DNA of 64,000 nt from Arcobacter sp. (GTDB lineage: Bacteria > Campylobacterota > Campylobacteria > Campylobacterales > Arcobacteraceae): assembly GCA_024228275.1 (NCBI GenBank), contig JAAETO010000285.1, positions 15,874 to 79,873 on the forward strand, written 5' to 3'. How positions within the stretch are numbered: the stretch's first letter is position 1; every line of letters begins with the position of its first letter. The notes beneath the pieces are model-generated. The model worked only from the letters and a program-made list of their open reading frames with translations, had not been told where the DNA came from and searched no databases. Below, piece by piece: positions 18,604 to 26,521 of the stretch. Made by a program: the position numbers and the translations under genes.

Positions 18604-19149
18604 TTGGCAAAAAATTTAGAAAAAAAACTTGTGGAAATTAAATCAAAAATGAAAAATATCCATTCTCAAAAATTAAAATTAATAAGAGATAACAAGTATT
18701 CTATAATTGATGAACTATTGACTTTTAAAATAGATGTAGGTTTTATTGATTATAAACCAAATAATGATAAAGTTATAATTTTAAAAGAGTTTAAAAATGA
18801 ACTGTTATTTCTTGAAGAAAAAAATGCAAAAGAAGAAAATAATACTATTTTGTCATGTGGCGATTATTGTCAATTTTATGATGGTATAAAAGAATACTAT
18901 AAATATTTAGGTATTGTTGATTATGAAACAGTTCAAATTCCAGATTTTGAAATTATTCTAAGTTTTATTACCTATGGTATGGGTAAATAGGTATTACCAA
19001 AAATAATTGTTGAGAAACTAGGTTATATGGACAAATTAAAAACAACAAGAATTACTAACAAAGTTCTTAAAATAACTACATATTTGATTCGTAGAAAGGG
19101 TAGTATCCCTAAAATAAGTGATTATTTAAAAGAACTAGATATATCTTAG
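18604..19149 (+). pseudogene. LysR-family regulator remnant (effector-binding domain only, in-frame stop)
   Basis: The translation ...IDVGFIDYKPNNDKVIILKEF...FITYGMGK*VLPKIIVEKLGYMDKLKTTRI...YLIRRKGSIP resembles a LysR C-terminal domain (G-x-G-[IV]-x-x-LP motif). It is interrupted by TAG at 18988-18990. No N-terminal HTH is present, and the only start is a TTG. Confidence 0.55.
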
Positions 19150-19238
19150 ACTTATAATAACTCTTAATTTTTTTATTCAATATATTTAAGAGTTATTTAA
19201 TTATAATTTATGAAAAACTATAATGTAGGGAGGCAAAA

Positions 19239-19880
19239 ATGAAGAATAAATTAAAACGAGATAAGAATAAAACAATGACTAACCAAGTTTACGAAAAACT
19301 TGAAGATTTAATTGTATTTTGTAAAATAGAACCAGGTACAATTTTAACTGAATTAGAAATATCTGATATGATTGGAGCAGGGAGAACACCTGTTCGAGAA
19401 GCTTTAAGACTTTTAGCTAATGAATCTTTAGTTAGTATTTCACGAATTGGAATTCTAATTACTGAAACGAGTGCAACAACACAACTTCGACTTTTAGAAG
19501 TTCGAAGATCAATATTACATTTATGCATAGATAAAGCTATAGTTAGATTGACAGAATTAGATAAAAAAGATTTAAAAGAATTAATAGAATCTGTAGATGA
19601 AGTAGATGATGTAGAATTTTTGTATTGGCTGAAAAAAAGACATAGAATACTTGCAAATTGTTCTAAGAATCCATTTATATATGAAGAACTTAAGAATGTT
19701 CAAGGTTTGTCAAATAGGTTTTGGTACTTTTATGCAAAAAAAGAAGATCATAAAGATGGTCAAAGACTACATAAACAAATTCTAGAAGCAGTAATCAAAG
19801 AAGATAAAGATGAAGCTGTAAAAGCAGTAGATGAACTTATTGATTATTTAGAAGAATTTGTAAGAATCCATTCTATATAA
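19239..19880 (+). CDS. GntR-family transcriptional regulator, FadR/FCD subfamily (regulator 2)
   Basis: 213 aa. It is collinear with regulator 1 over its full length, with roughly half the residues identical by eye (e.g. IEPGTILTE.EI.DMIGAGR.PV.EAL, FIYEEL.NVQGLS.RFWY.Y.KK.DHK). Confidence 0.8.
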   Translation: MKNKLKRDKNKTMTNQVYEKLEDLIVFCKIEPGTILTELEISDMIGAGRTPVREALRLLANESLVSISRIGILITETSATTQLRLLEVRRSILHLCIDKAIVRLTELDKKDLKELIESVDEVDDVEFLYWLKKRHRILANCSKNPFIYEELKNVQGLSNRFWYFYAKKEDHKDGQRLHKQILEAVIKEDKDEAVKAVDELIDYLEEFVRIHSI

Positions 19881-19893
19881 CAAACCATATTAA

Positions 19894-19922
19894 AAGAAAG
19901 CCTATTTCTTAGGCTTTCTTTT
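19894..19922 (+). terminator. rho-independent terminator after GntR regulator 2
   Basis: A 10-bp perfect stem (aagaaagcct / aggctttctt) with a 7-nt loop, running into a T-rich tail. Confidence 0.6.
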
Positions 19923-20014
19923 AATCTTAATTATTAATTTCCCTCAATAAAACCAGCAGTAAAATTAAATCAGTCTAATATTAATTAAAAATCAAGATAT
20001 TTTTTAAGTATATC

Positions 20015-20031
20015 TAGAATATATCTTAAGT
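20015..20031 (+). promoter_or_regulatory. candidate operator upstream of module 2 (17-mer identical to 9113-9129)
   Basis: tagaatatatcttaagt lies 58 nt before the dctP ATG (the copy at 9113 lies 56 nt before its ATG). It sits inside the imperfect palindrome ttaagtatatctagaatatatcttaag (20005-20030). Confidence 0.45.
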
Positions 20032-20088
20032 ATATTTTAAGTTAGTGAAGCGTATACTTTCAATATATAAAATAAAAAAGGATGAAAG

Positions 20089-21141
20089 ATGTTAAGAAAT
20101 AAATTACTTGGTACAGCTTGTGCTTTACTATTAAGTGCAGTAACTTTAAGTGCAGAAACATGGAAATTTGCTAGTGAAGAAGCAAAAAAAGATGTACAAG
20201 ATATCTATGCTCAAGAGTTTGCAAAAGTTGTAAAAAAAGAGTCTAATGGAAAAATCAAAGTTAGAATTTATTATTATGGACAACTTGGTGGTGAAAATGA
20301 TATTGTTGAATTAACTTCAAATGGTTCAATTCAATTTGTATCAGTAGGAACTGGACATTTAGGTTCATATGTTCCAGAAGTTCAATCAATCTCGATTCCA
20401 TATGTATTAACAAATAATGAAGATGCAGCTTATGAAGTATTAACAACAAGTAAAACAATTTATAATGACTTAGCACCAAAATTTGAAAAAGCAAATTTAA
20501 AACTATTATCTATGATTAGTGAAGGTGAAATGGCATGGGGTGCAAACAAACCTATTAGAACTCCAGAAGATTTTGCTGGTCAAAAGATTAGAACATTCAC
20601 TTCAACTATTCCCGTTGAAACTTACAAAGCATTTGGAGCAGTTCCAACTCCTTTATCATGGGGAGAAGTTTACTCTTCATTACAACTAGGAACAGTAGAT
20701 GGTATGGTAAATCCAATGTACTTTATTTATAATGCAAAATGGCATATGGTTCAAAAATATATTATGTTCCCAGGTCAACAGCCATATATTGGGACTATTT
20801 CAACAAATTCAAAATGGTTTGCTAAACAAACACCAGAAAAACAAGCAATTATTAATAAAGCAATCAAAGCAGCAAATAAAGCAGCATTTATTTATCAAAA
20901 GAAAATCAATAAAGAAAATACTGCAAAAATGCTAGAAGAGAATAAAGAGTTAAAACTTATTACTTTAACACCAGAAGAGAGAAATAAATTTAAAGATATC
21001 AGTAAATCTTTACATGGGACTTTTTTAGATGTAGTAGCAAAAGCTTATCCTGATAATAAAAAAGAAGAAGCAAAAAAAGATGCTAAAAAAATATTAAATA
21101 ATTTAATTAAAGAAGTTAAAGAAGCTGAAAGTAGACACTAA
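20089..21141 (+). CDS. TRAP transporter substrate-binding protein (DctP family)
   Basis: 350 aa. It has an N-terminal signal peptide (LLSAVTLSAETW) and a DctP-type pattern (QLGGENDIVELTSNGSIQF, IRTF...AFGA.PTPL.WGEVY..LQ.G.VDG). Confidence 0.85.
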   Translation: MLRNKLLGTACALLLSAVTLSAETWKFASEEAKKDVQDIYAQEFAKVVKKESNGKIKVRIYYYGQLGGENDIVELTSNGSIQFVSVGTGHLGSYVPEVQSISIPYVLTNNEDAAYEVLTTSKTIYNDLAPKFEKANLKLLSMISEGEMAWGANKPIRTPEDFAGQKIRTFTSTIPVETYKAFGAVPTPLSWGEVYSSLQLGTVDGMVNPMYFIYNAKWHMVQKYIMFPGQQPYIGTISTNSKWFAKQTPEKQAIINKAIKAANKAAFIYQKKINKENTAKMLEENKELKLITLTPEERNKFKDISKSLHGTFLDVVAKAYPDNKKEEAKKDAKKILNNLIKEVKEAESRH

Positions 21142-21144
21142 TTA

Positions 21145-21167
21145 AAAAAGCCCTTTGGGCTTTTTTA
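21145..21167 (+). terminator. intra-operon hairpin/attenuator after the TRAP binding-protein gene
   Basis: aaaaagccc-ttt-gggcttttt followed by T's, immediately after the dctP stop. This arrangement commonly gives excess binding-protein mRNA. Confidence 0.6.
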
Positions 21168-21178
21168 AAGGAAAAATA

Positions 21179-21946
21179 ATGAAAATAAAAGTAATAGATA
21201 GTGAACTTAATAACACAATATCTCATAATGGAAAAATAGGTTTAATACTTCTTGCAACAGACCAAATTACGTTATATGAATTTGATGCAATTTTAAAAGA
21301 TACCGGAGTTTTATGTTTCCCTTCTAGGGTTATGATGGATTCTGTAGAACTTACACCTGAAGTTTTAATGGCGATAAAAAATGAATTAGCTTGCGCCACA
21401 AACACAATCTTACCAGGACTAACTTTAGATGTTGTTGCCTTATCTTGTACATCAGCTTCAATGACAATAGGTGAAGATGAAGTTGCAAGAATTATTAAAC
21501 AAAGTAATTCAAAAAGAGAGATAAAAGAAGTAACAAACCCATATACAGCAATTAAAAATGCATGTGAGTTTTTAAATATAAATGAGTTAGGAGTAATTAC
21601 TCCGTATAGTATAGAAGTAACACAAGGAATTATAGATGGTATGCAAGCAAATATCAAAACTATTAGTGCGGCGACATTTAATAATACAAATGACAATTTA
21701 GTTCCAAGTATTACCCCAGAGTCTATAAAAAATGCAGTAATTGAAATGGCAAAAGATGAAAAATTAAAAACCATTTTTGTCTCTTGTACAAATTTAAATA
21801 TAAGTAGATATATAGATGAATTAGAAAAAGTTACTGGTAAATTAATTTTATCAAGTAATCAAGTTATGGCTTGGGATATTTTAAGGTTAGCAAACTATAA
21901 AAAGCCAATTTTTGGTTTTGGTTCGCTTTTAAAGAAAGAGAGATAA
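21179..21946 (+). CDS. Asp/Glu/hydantoin racemase superfamily protein (maleate isomerase / EutA-like, two catalytic Cys)
   Basis: The start is moved to the ATG at 21179 (MKIKVID), which has an AGGA-type RBS and lies after the hairpin. The motifs VVALSCTSASM and IFVSCTNLN match the paired-cysteine motifs of maleate cis-trans isomerase-type enzymes. Confidence 0.7.
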   Translation: MKIKVIDSELNNTISHNGKIGLILLATDQITLYEFDAILKDTGVLCFPSRVMMDSVELTPEVLMAIKNELACATNTILPGLTLDVVALSCTSASMTIGEDEVARIIKQSNSKREIKEVTNPYTAIKNACEFLNINELGVITPYSIEVTQGIIDGMQANIKTISAATFNNTNDNLVPSITPESIKNAVIEMAKDEKLKTIFVSCTNLNISRYIDELEKVTGKLILSSNQVMAWDILRLANYKKPIFGFGSLLKKER

Positions 21947-21947
21947 T

Positions 21948-22499
21948 ATGAAAAATGTATTAGCAAAAGTTAATTATGTTACAGCAAAAATTGAGAAGAT
22001 AATTTTATCTATGTCTATTTTGTTGATGATGCTTAACACAACGGCAAATGCTTTAGGAAGATATATCTTTGATCAAAGTATATATTTTTCTGAGGAATTA
22101 AATCAGTTTTTGATGGTATCAGTAACTTTTATTGGATTAGCATATGCAGTTAGAAATGGAAGAAATATTCGTATGACTGCAATATATGATAACTTATCTC
22201 ATAAAAAGAAAAAGTTTTTGATGATTATAATTGCAATTACAACTTCTATGTTGATGTTTTTGTTAGCCTATGAAGCTTATAACTATGTGATGCAATTAAA
22301 AGAAATAAATAGATTAAGCCCAGCACTTCAAGTTGAAGTATACTTGGTATATATGATCGTACCTATAGGGTTTCTTATGGCTGGTATTCAATTTTTTATT
22401 AGGTTTATTCAAAATCTATTGCACGATGAAATTTATCTTTCTTTTGATGTTATTGAAGAGAAAGATTGTGATTCAACGATAGGTGATCAAGCATGTTAG
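21948..22499 (+). CDS. TRAP transporter small permease (DctQ family)
   Basis: 183 aa with four predicted TM segments. It sits immediately upstream of, and overlaps, the DctM gene. Confidence 0.8.
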   Translation: MKNVLAKVNYVTAKIEKIILSMSILLMMLNTTANALGRYIFDQSIYFSEELNQFLMVSVTFIGLAYAVRNGRNIRMTAIYDNLSHKKKKFLMIIIAITTSMLMFLLAYEAYNYVMQLKEINRLSPALQVEVYLVYMIVPIGFLMAGIQFFIRFIQNLLHDEIYLSFDVIEEKDCDSTIGDQAC

Positions 22500-23830
22500 A
22501 ATTTTTACAAAACGTAATAGCTGGTGAGCTTGATGTATATGTTATTACTTTTGCATTATTAACAGTAATGGTAATACTTCTATTTTTGAGTTTCCCAATG
22601 GTTGTACCTTTAACAATTGCAACAATGGTAGGGTTTTTACATTTTTCAGATTTGCCTCTGCAAAATATAATTCAACAAATGATTACAGGTATTACACCCA
22701 ATGCATTAATAGCAATACCAATGTTTATTTTTGCTGCAGATATTATGACCCGAGGCCATGCAGCTACAAGATTACTTGATTTGATTGAAGTATTTATTGG
22801 TCACTATAGAGGTGGATTACCAATTACTACTTGTATTTCATGTACTTTATTTGGTTCAGTTTCAGGTTCAACTCAAGCAACAGTTGTATCAGTGGGAACA
22901 ATTATGAGACCAAAATTATTAAAAGCTGGATATAAAGACAGTTTTATTTTAGGACTTATAATCAATGCAAGTGATATTGCTTGGTTAATTCCACCTAGTA
23001 TCGGACTTATTTTATACGGTGTTTTAGCAAATGCAAATATTGCAGAGTTATTTATCGCAGGAATTGGACCAGGACTTATATTAGCAGGTCTATTTTCAGT
23101 GTATTGTTACATTTATTCAATAACGCACCAAGATGAAATTACATTGGCTCCAAAAGCTGATTGGCCAAAAAGATTAAAAGCTGTAAAGAGTTCAATATTA
23201 CCAATGGGTTTCCCTATTTTAATTGTAGGTGGAATTTATTCAGGAGCATTTACTCCAACAGAAGCGGCAGCATTTTCAGTGTTATATGCGATTATTTTAG
23301 AAGTAGTGATATATAAAAAACTAGGACTAAAAGATTTAATTGATTCATCACTTAGTACGGGACTTATTACTGCTGTAGTATTTATTCTTGTTGGAGCTGG
23401 TCAAGCATTCTCTTGGTATATATCTTTTGAAATGATTCCTCAAGAATTATTAGGAGCACTTGATTTAGAAAATGCAAGTCCAGAGTTTATACTTTTTGTA
23501 ATCTCTCTTGCTTTTGTAATAGGGTGTATGTTTGTTGATTCAATTGTTGTATTACTGATTTTAACACCAGTATTTATGCCAATAATTGATTCATCTGGAC
23601 TGGATCCAGTATTAGTTGGAGTTGTAATTACTTTACAAATGGCAGTTGGTTCTGCAACACCACCATTTGGATGTGATATTTTTACTGCAATTGCAGTATT
23701 TAAAAAATCATATATGCAAGTAATAAGTGGGATATTCCCCTTCTTCATGATTTTAATGTTGATGTCGGCAATTTTAATATTCTTCCCTGATTCAGCTTTG
23801 TTTTTAAGGGATTTAGCGTTTGATAAGTAA
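22493..23830 (+). CDS. TRAP transporter large permease (DctM family)
   Basis: 445 aa and polytopic. FGSVSGSTQATV and PPFGCDIF are DctM-type blocks. Confidence 0.85.
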   Translation: MLEFLQNVIAGELDVYVITFALLTVMVILLFLSFPMVVPLTIATMVGFLHFSDLPLQNIIQQMITGITPNALIAIPMFIFAADIMTRGHAATRLLDLIEVFIGHYRGGLPITTCISCTLFGSVSGSTQATVVSVGTIMRPKLLKAGYKDSFILGLIINASDIAWLIPPSIGLILYGVLANANIAELFIAGIGPGLILAGLFSVYCYIYSITHQDEITLAPKADWPKRLKAVKSSILPMGFPILIVGGIYSGAFTPTEAAAFSVLYAIILEVVIYKKLGLKDLIDSSLSTGLITAVVFILVGAGQAFSWYISFEMIPQELLGALDLENASPEFILFVISLAFVIGCMFVDSIVVLLILTPVFMPIIDSSGLDPVLVGVVITLQMAVGSATPPFGCDIFTAIAVFKKSYMQVISGIFPFFMILMLMSAILIFFPDSALFLRDLAFDK

Positions 23831-24203
23831 ATAATAAAAAGTAAAAGAAATAAAATTTAATAAAAGTAAGGACAAAAAAATGATAAACAATTTTAAACAA
23901 TATTTAAAGAATATATAATTTTTTATAATACATCTAACGCAGTAGTAGGTAAATACGAACACCAAGATATTTTAAGTTTAGAGGGATTTCAGAAAGCATC
24001 TAAAGGGATTTAGCGTTTGATAAGTAAATAATAAAAAGTAAAATAAATAAAATTTAATAAAAGTAAGGACAAATAAATGATAAACAATTTTAAACAATAT
24101 TTAGAAAATACAGAATTTTTTGATAATACATCTAACACAGTAGTAGGTAAATACGAACACCAAGATATTTTAAGTTTAGAGGGATTTCAGAAAGCATCTA
24201 AAG
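23806..24203 (+). repeat. diverged tandem duplication (~197-198 bp unit) of the dctM 3' end, the intergenic region and the dpaL 5' end
   Basis: 23806-24004 and 24003-24203 align end to end, with about 10 substitutions/indels by eye. Copy 1 carries a decayed dpaL start (ATG 23880, MINNFKQYLKNI*). Copy 2 carries the functional start (ATG 24077). Confidence 0.9.
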
Positions 24204-25288
24204 AGATTACATCTTGGGAAGAGTATAAAGTTACTCCACTTGTAAGCTTAGATGAATTAGCTAAGCAAACAGGTGTTTCAAAACTATATTACAAAAATGA
24301 ACACTTTAGATTCTCACTTAAAAGTTTCAAAGCTTTAGGTGGAGCGTATGCTGTTGCAAATTTATTAATTAATAAATTAAAAGATGAAGGAATTGAAGCA
24401 AATTCATCTGATTTATTAGATGGTAAATATAAAGATATTACAAGTAAAATTACAGTTTCTTGTGCAACTGATGGAAATCATGGAAAATCTGTAGCTTGGG
24501 GAGCATCAAACTTTGGATGTAATTGTGAGATATTTATACATAGTCATGTAAGTATAAGTAGGGAAAAAGAAATAGAAAAGTATGGTGCTATTATGCATAG
24601 AATTAAAGGTAATTATGATGATTCTGTACATGAAGCAGCAAGAGTAGCTAAAGAAAAAGGCTTTTTTACAGTTTCTGATACATCTTATGAAGGTTACACA
24701 GAAGTTCCAAAAGATGTAATGCAAGGTTATACTGTAATGGTAGATGAAGCATTGAATCAGATGGATGAAAAACCAACTCATGTATTTTTACAAGGTGGAG
24801 TTGGAGGAATGGCTGCTGCAGTTGCATCTTTTATTCTTGAAACATATGAAGAGGAATCACCAATATTTGTAATGATTGAACCTACTAATGCAGATTGTTT
24901 ACTTCAAAGTGCAAAGAATGGAGAAGCAACTGTAGTTCATGGAGATTTAGATACAGTAATGGCTGGTCTTTCTTGTGGAGAGGTTTCTCTTCTTGCCTGG
25001 CAAATATTAGAAAATAAAACAAAAGCATTTTTTTCAATTCCTGATGAACCAATTGCAAAAGTCATGAAATATTTAGCAAACCTTCCTGAACCAATAGTTG
25101 CTGGTGAATCTGCCGTTGCTGGACTTGCTGGATATATGATTACTCAATTTAGTGAAGAGTATAGAAAAATATTAGAAATTGATGAAAACTCTAAGATTCT
25201 TTTTTTAGGGACAGAGGGAGATACGGATGCTCTTGTATATGAAGAGATGGTTGGTAAAAGTTCTTCAGAGGTTCTAAAAAAGGTTTAA
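24077..25288 (+). CDS. dpaL: diaminopropionate ammonia-lyase (PLP-dependent; YgeX/DpaL family)
   Basis: 403 aa. NEHFRFSLKSFKALGGAYAV contains the PLP-lysine motif of DpaL. ATDGNHG and the Gly-rich GGVGGMAAAV are also typical. Confidence 0.8.
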   Translation: MINNFKQYLENTEFFDNTSNTVVGKYEHQDILSLEGFQKASKEITSWEEYKVTPLVSLDELAKQTGVSKLYYKNEHFRFSLKSFKALGGAYAVANLLINKLKDEGIEANSSDLLDGKYKDITSKITVSCATDGNHGKSVAWGASNFGCNCEIFIHSHVSISREKEIEKYGAIMHRIKGNYDDSVHEAARVAKEKGFFTVSDTSYEGYTEVPKDVMQGYTVMVDEALNQMDEKPTHVFLQGGVGGMAAAVASFILETYEEESPIFVMIEPTNADCLLQSAKNGEATVVHGDLDTVMAGLSCGEVSLLAWQILENKTKAFFSIPDEPIAKVMKYLANLPEPIVAGESAVAGLAGYMITQFSEEYRKILEIDENSKILFLGTEGDTDALVYEEMVGKSSSEVLKKV

Positions 25289-25290
25289 TT

Positions 25291-26520
25291 ATGGAAAAAA
25301 TATTTGAAGGCATTCCTTTTGAGGAAATTAAAGAAAGAGCAGAATATTATAAAGATGATATTTATAAATTCACTCGAGACTTAGTTAGATGTCCAGGTGG
25401 TTCAGGAGATGAATCAAAAGCTGCAAAATGTACTATTGATGAGATGAAAAAACTTGGGTTCGATAAAATAGATATTGATCCAATGGGAAATATTTTAGCA
25501 TATATAGGAAATGGAAAACATCTAGTTGCAATGGATGGACATTTAGATGTAGTAGGAGCTGGGAGTCTCGATAATTGGAATTATGACCCTTATGAAGGCT
25601 ATGAAGATGAAGAAAAAATTATAGGTCGAGGAACAACAGATATGAAAGGTGCTATTGCATCTATTGTATATGCTGCAAAAATAATTATTGATTTGGATAT
25701 AAAGGATGATTTTACTTTGTTAGTATCTGCTTCAGTTGCTGAAGAAGATTGTGATGGATTGTCGTGGAAGTATATGATTGAAGAACAAAATATTAGACCA
25801 GAATTTGTCCTTTTAGCTGAACCAAGTGATGGAAAAATATGTAGAGCTCAAAAAGGTAGAATGGAAATTTCAGTTAGTACATATGGGACATCAGCACATG
25901 GTTCTATACCTCATACAGGAGATAATGCTATTTATAAGATGTCAGGGATATTACAAGAACTTAGAGCTTTAAATGAGAATTTATTAGTAGATGATCTACT
26001 TGGTAAAGGATGCTTAACTGTTTCTGAAATTAGCTCAACGTCACCATCTAGATGTGCAGTATCAGATTCTTGTACTATTTCTATTGATAGACGTTTAACT
26101 TGGGGTGAAAAACCTGATGATGCGTTACAAGAGATTAGAAATTTACCTGCTATAAAACTAGCAGATGCCCAAGTTTCTATTTATAATTATGAAGAGCCAT
26201 CTTATACTGGTTTAGAATATGGACAAGAGTGTTCGTTTAAACCTTGGAAAATGGAAGAAACACATGACGTTACACAAAGTGTTGCAAATGCATATCGAGA
26301 GCTATTTAAAAAAGATGCAGTTATTGATATTTGGCCATTTTCTACAAATGGAGTATCTATTATGGGTGAACACAATATTCCTGTAATTGGATATGGACCA
26401 GGAGAATTGAAATTTGCCCATGCCCCAAATGAAGAAGTAAAGAAAGTAGATTTAATTTTATGTGCTGCTTTATATGCGGCAATTCCTTCTGTATATGTAA
26501 GAATGTTAGAGGATAAATAA
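25291..26520 (+). CDS. ygeY: YgeY-family M20 metallohydrolase (deacylase/peptidase)
   Basis: 409 aa. As I recall E. coli YgeY, there is long-range block identity: IDPMGN, LVAMDGH.D.VG, NW.YDPYEG, GRGT.DMKG, EEDCDGL.W, IRPEFV, GRMEI, GDNAI.KM, LTVSEI..TSPSRCAV.DSC..SIDRRLTWGE, FSTNGVSIMG, HAPNE. Confidence 0.8.
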   Translation: MEKIFEGIPFEEIKERAEYYKDDIYKFTRDLVRCPGGSGDESKAAKCTIDEMKKLGFDKIDIDPMGNILAYIGNGKHLVAMDGHLDVVGAGSLDNWNYDPYEGYEDEEKIIGRGTTDMKGAIASIVYAAKIIIDLDIKDDFTLLVSASVAEEDCDGLSWKYMIEEQNIRPEFVLLAEPSDGKICRAQKGRMEISVSTYGTSAHGSIPHTGDNAIYKMSGILQELRALNENLLVDDLLGKGCLTVSEISSTSPSRCAVSDSCTISIDRRLTWGEKPDDALQEIRNLPAIKLADAQVSIYNYEEPSYTGLEYGQECSFKPWKMEETHDVTQSVANAYRELFKKDAVIDIWPFSTNGVSIMGEHNIPVIGYGPGELKFAHAPNEEVKKVDLILCAALYAAIPSVYVRMLEDK

Positions 26521-26521
26521 T

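Noticed and set aside
19155-19200. 12-bp inverted repeat (aataactcttaa ... ttaagagttatt) upstream of GntR regulator 2 as an operator
   Set aside because: It directly follows the stop of the LysR remnant and is more simply that gene's old terminator. It shares no sequence with the 17-mer or the ATCTTA-core sites.
21223-21774. 183-aa antisense ORF opposite the racemase-like gene. Similar antisense ORFs lie at 53320-53733, 29119-29460, 26202-26534, 23440-23748, 24506-24781 and 15376-15660, among others.
   Set aside because: Each is embedded in a well-supported, motif-bearing gene on the other strand and has a low-complexity composition (Ser/Ile/Phe/Lys-rich), as expected from the reverse frames of AT-rich genes. 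None has an RBS or a recognisable domain.
23806-24203. The 197-bp tandem repeat and the 21-bp tandem repeat (33824-33865) as a CRISPR array or minisatellite
   Set aside because: Each has only two units with no spacers, and no cas genes are present. The larger repeat is clearly a duplication of gene ends, not a repeat-spacer structure.
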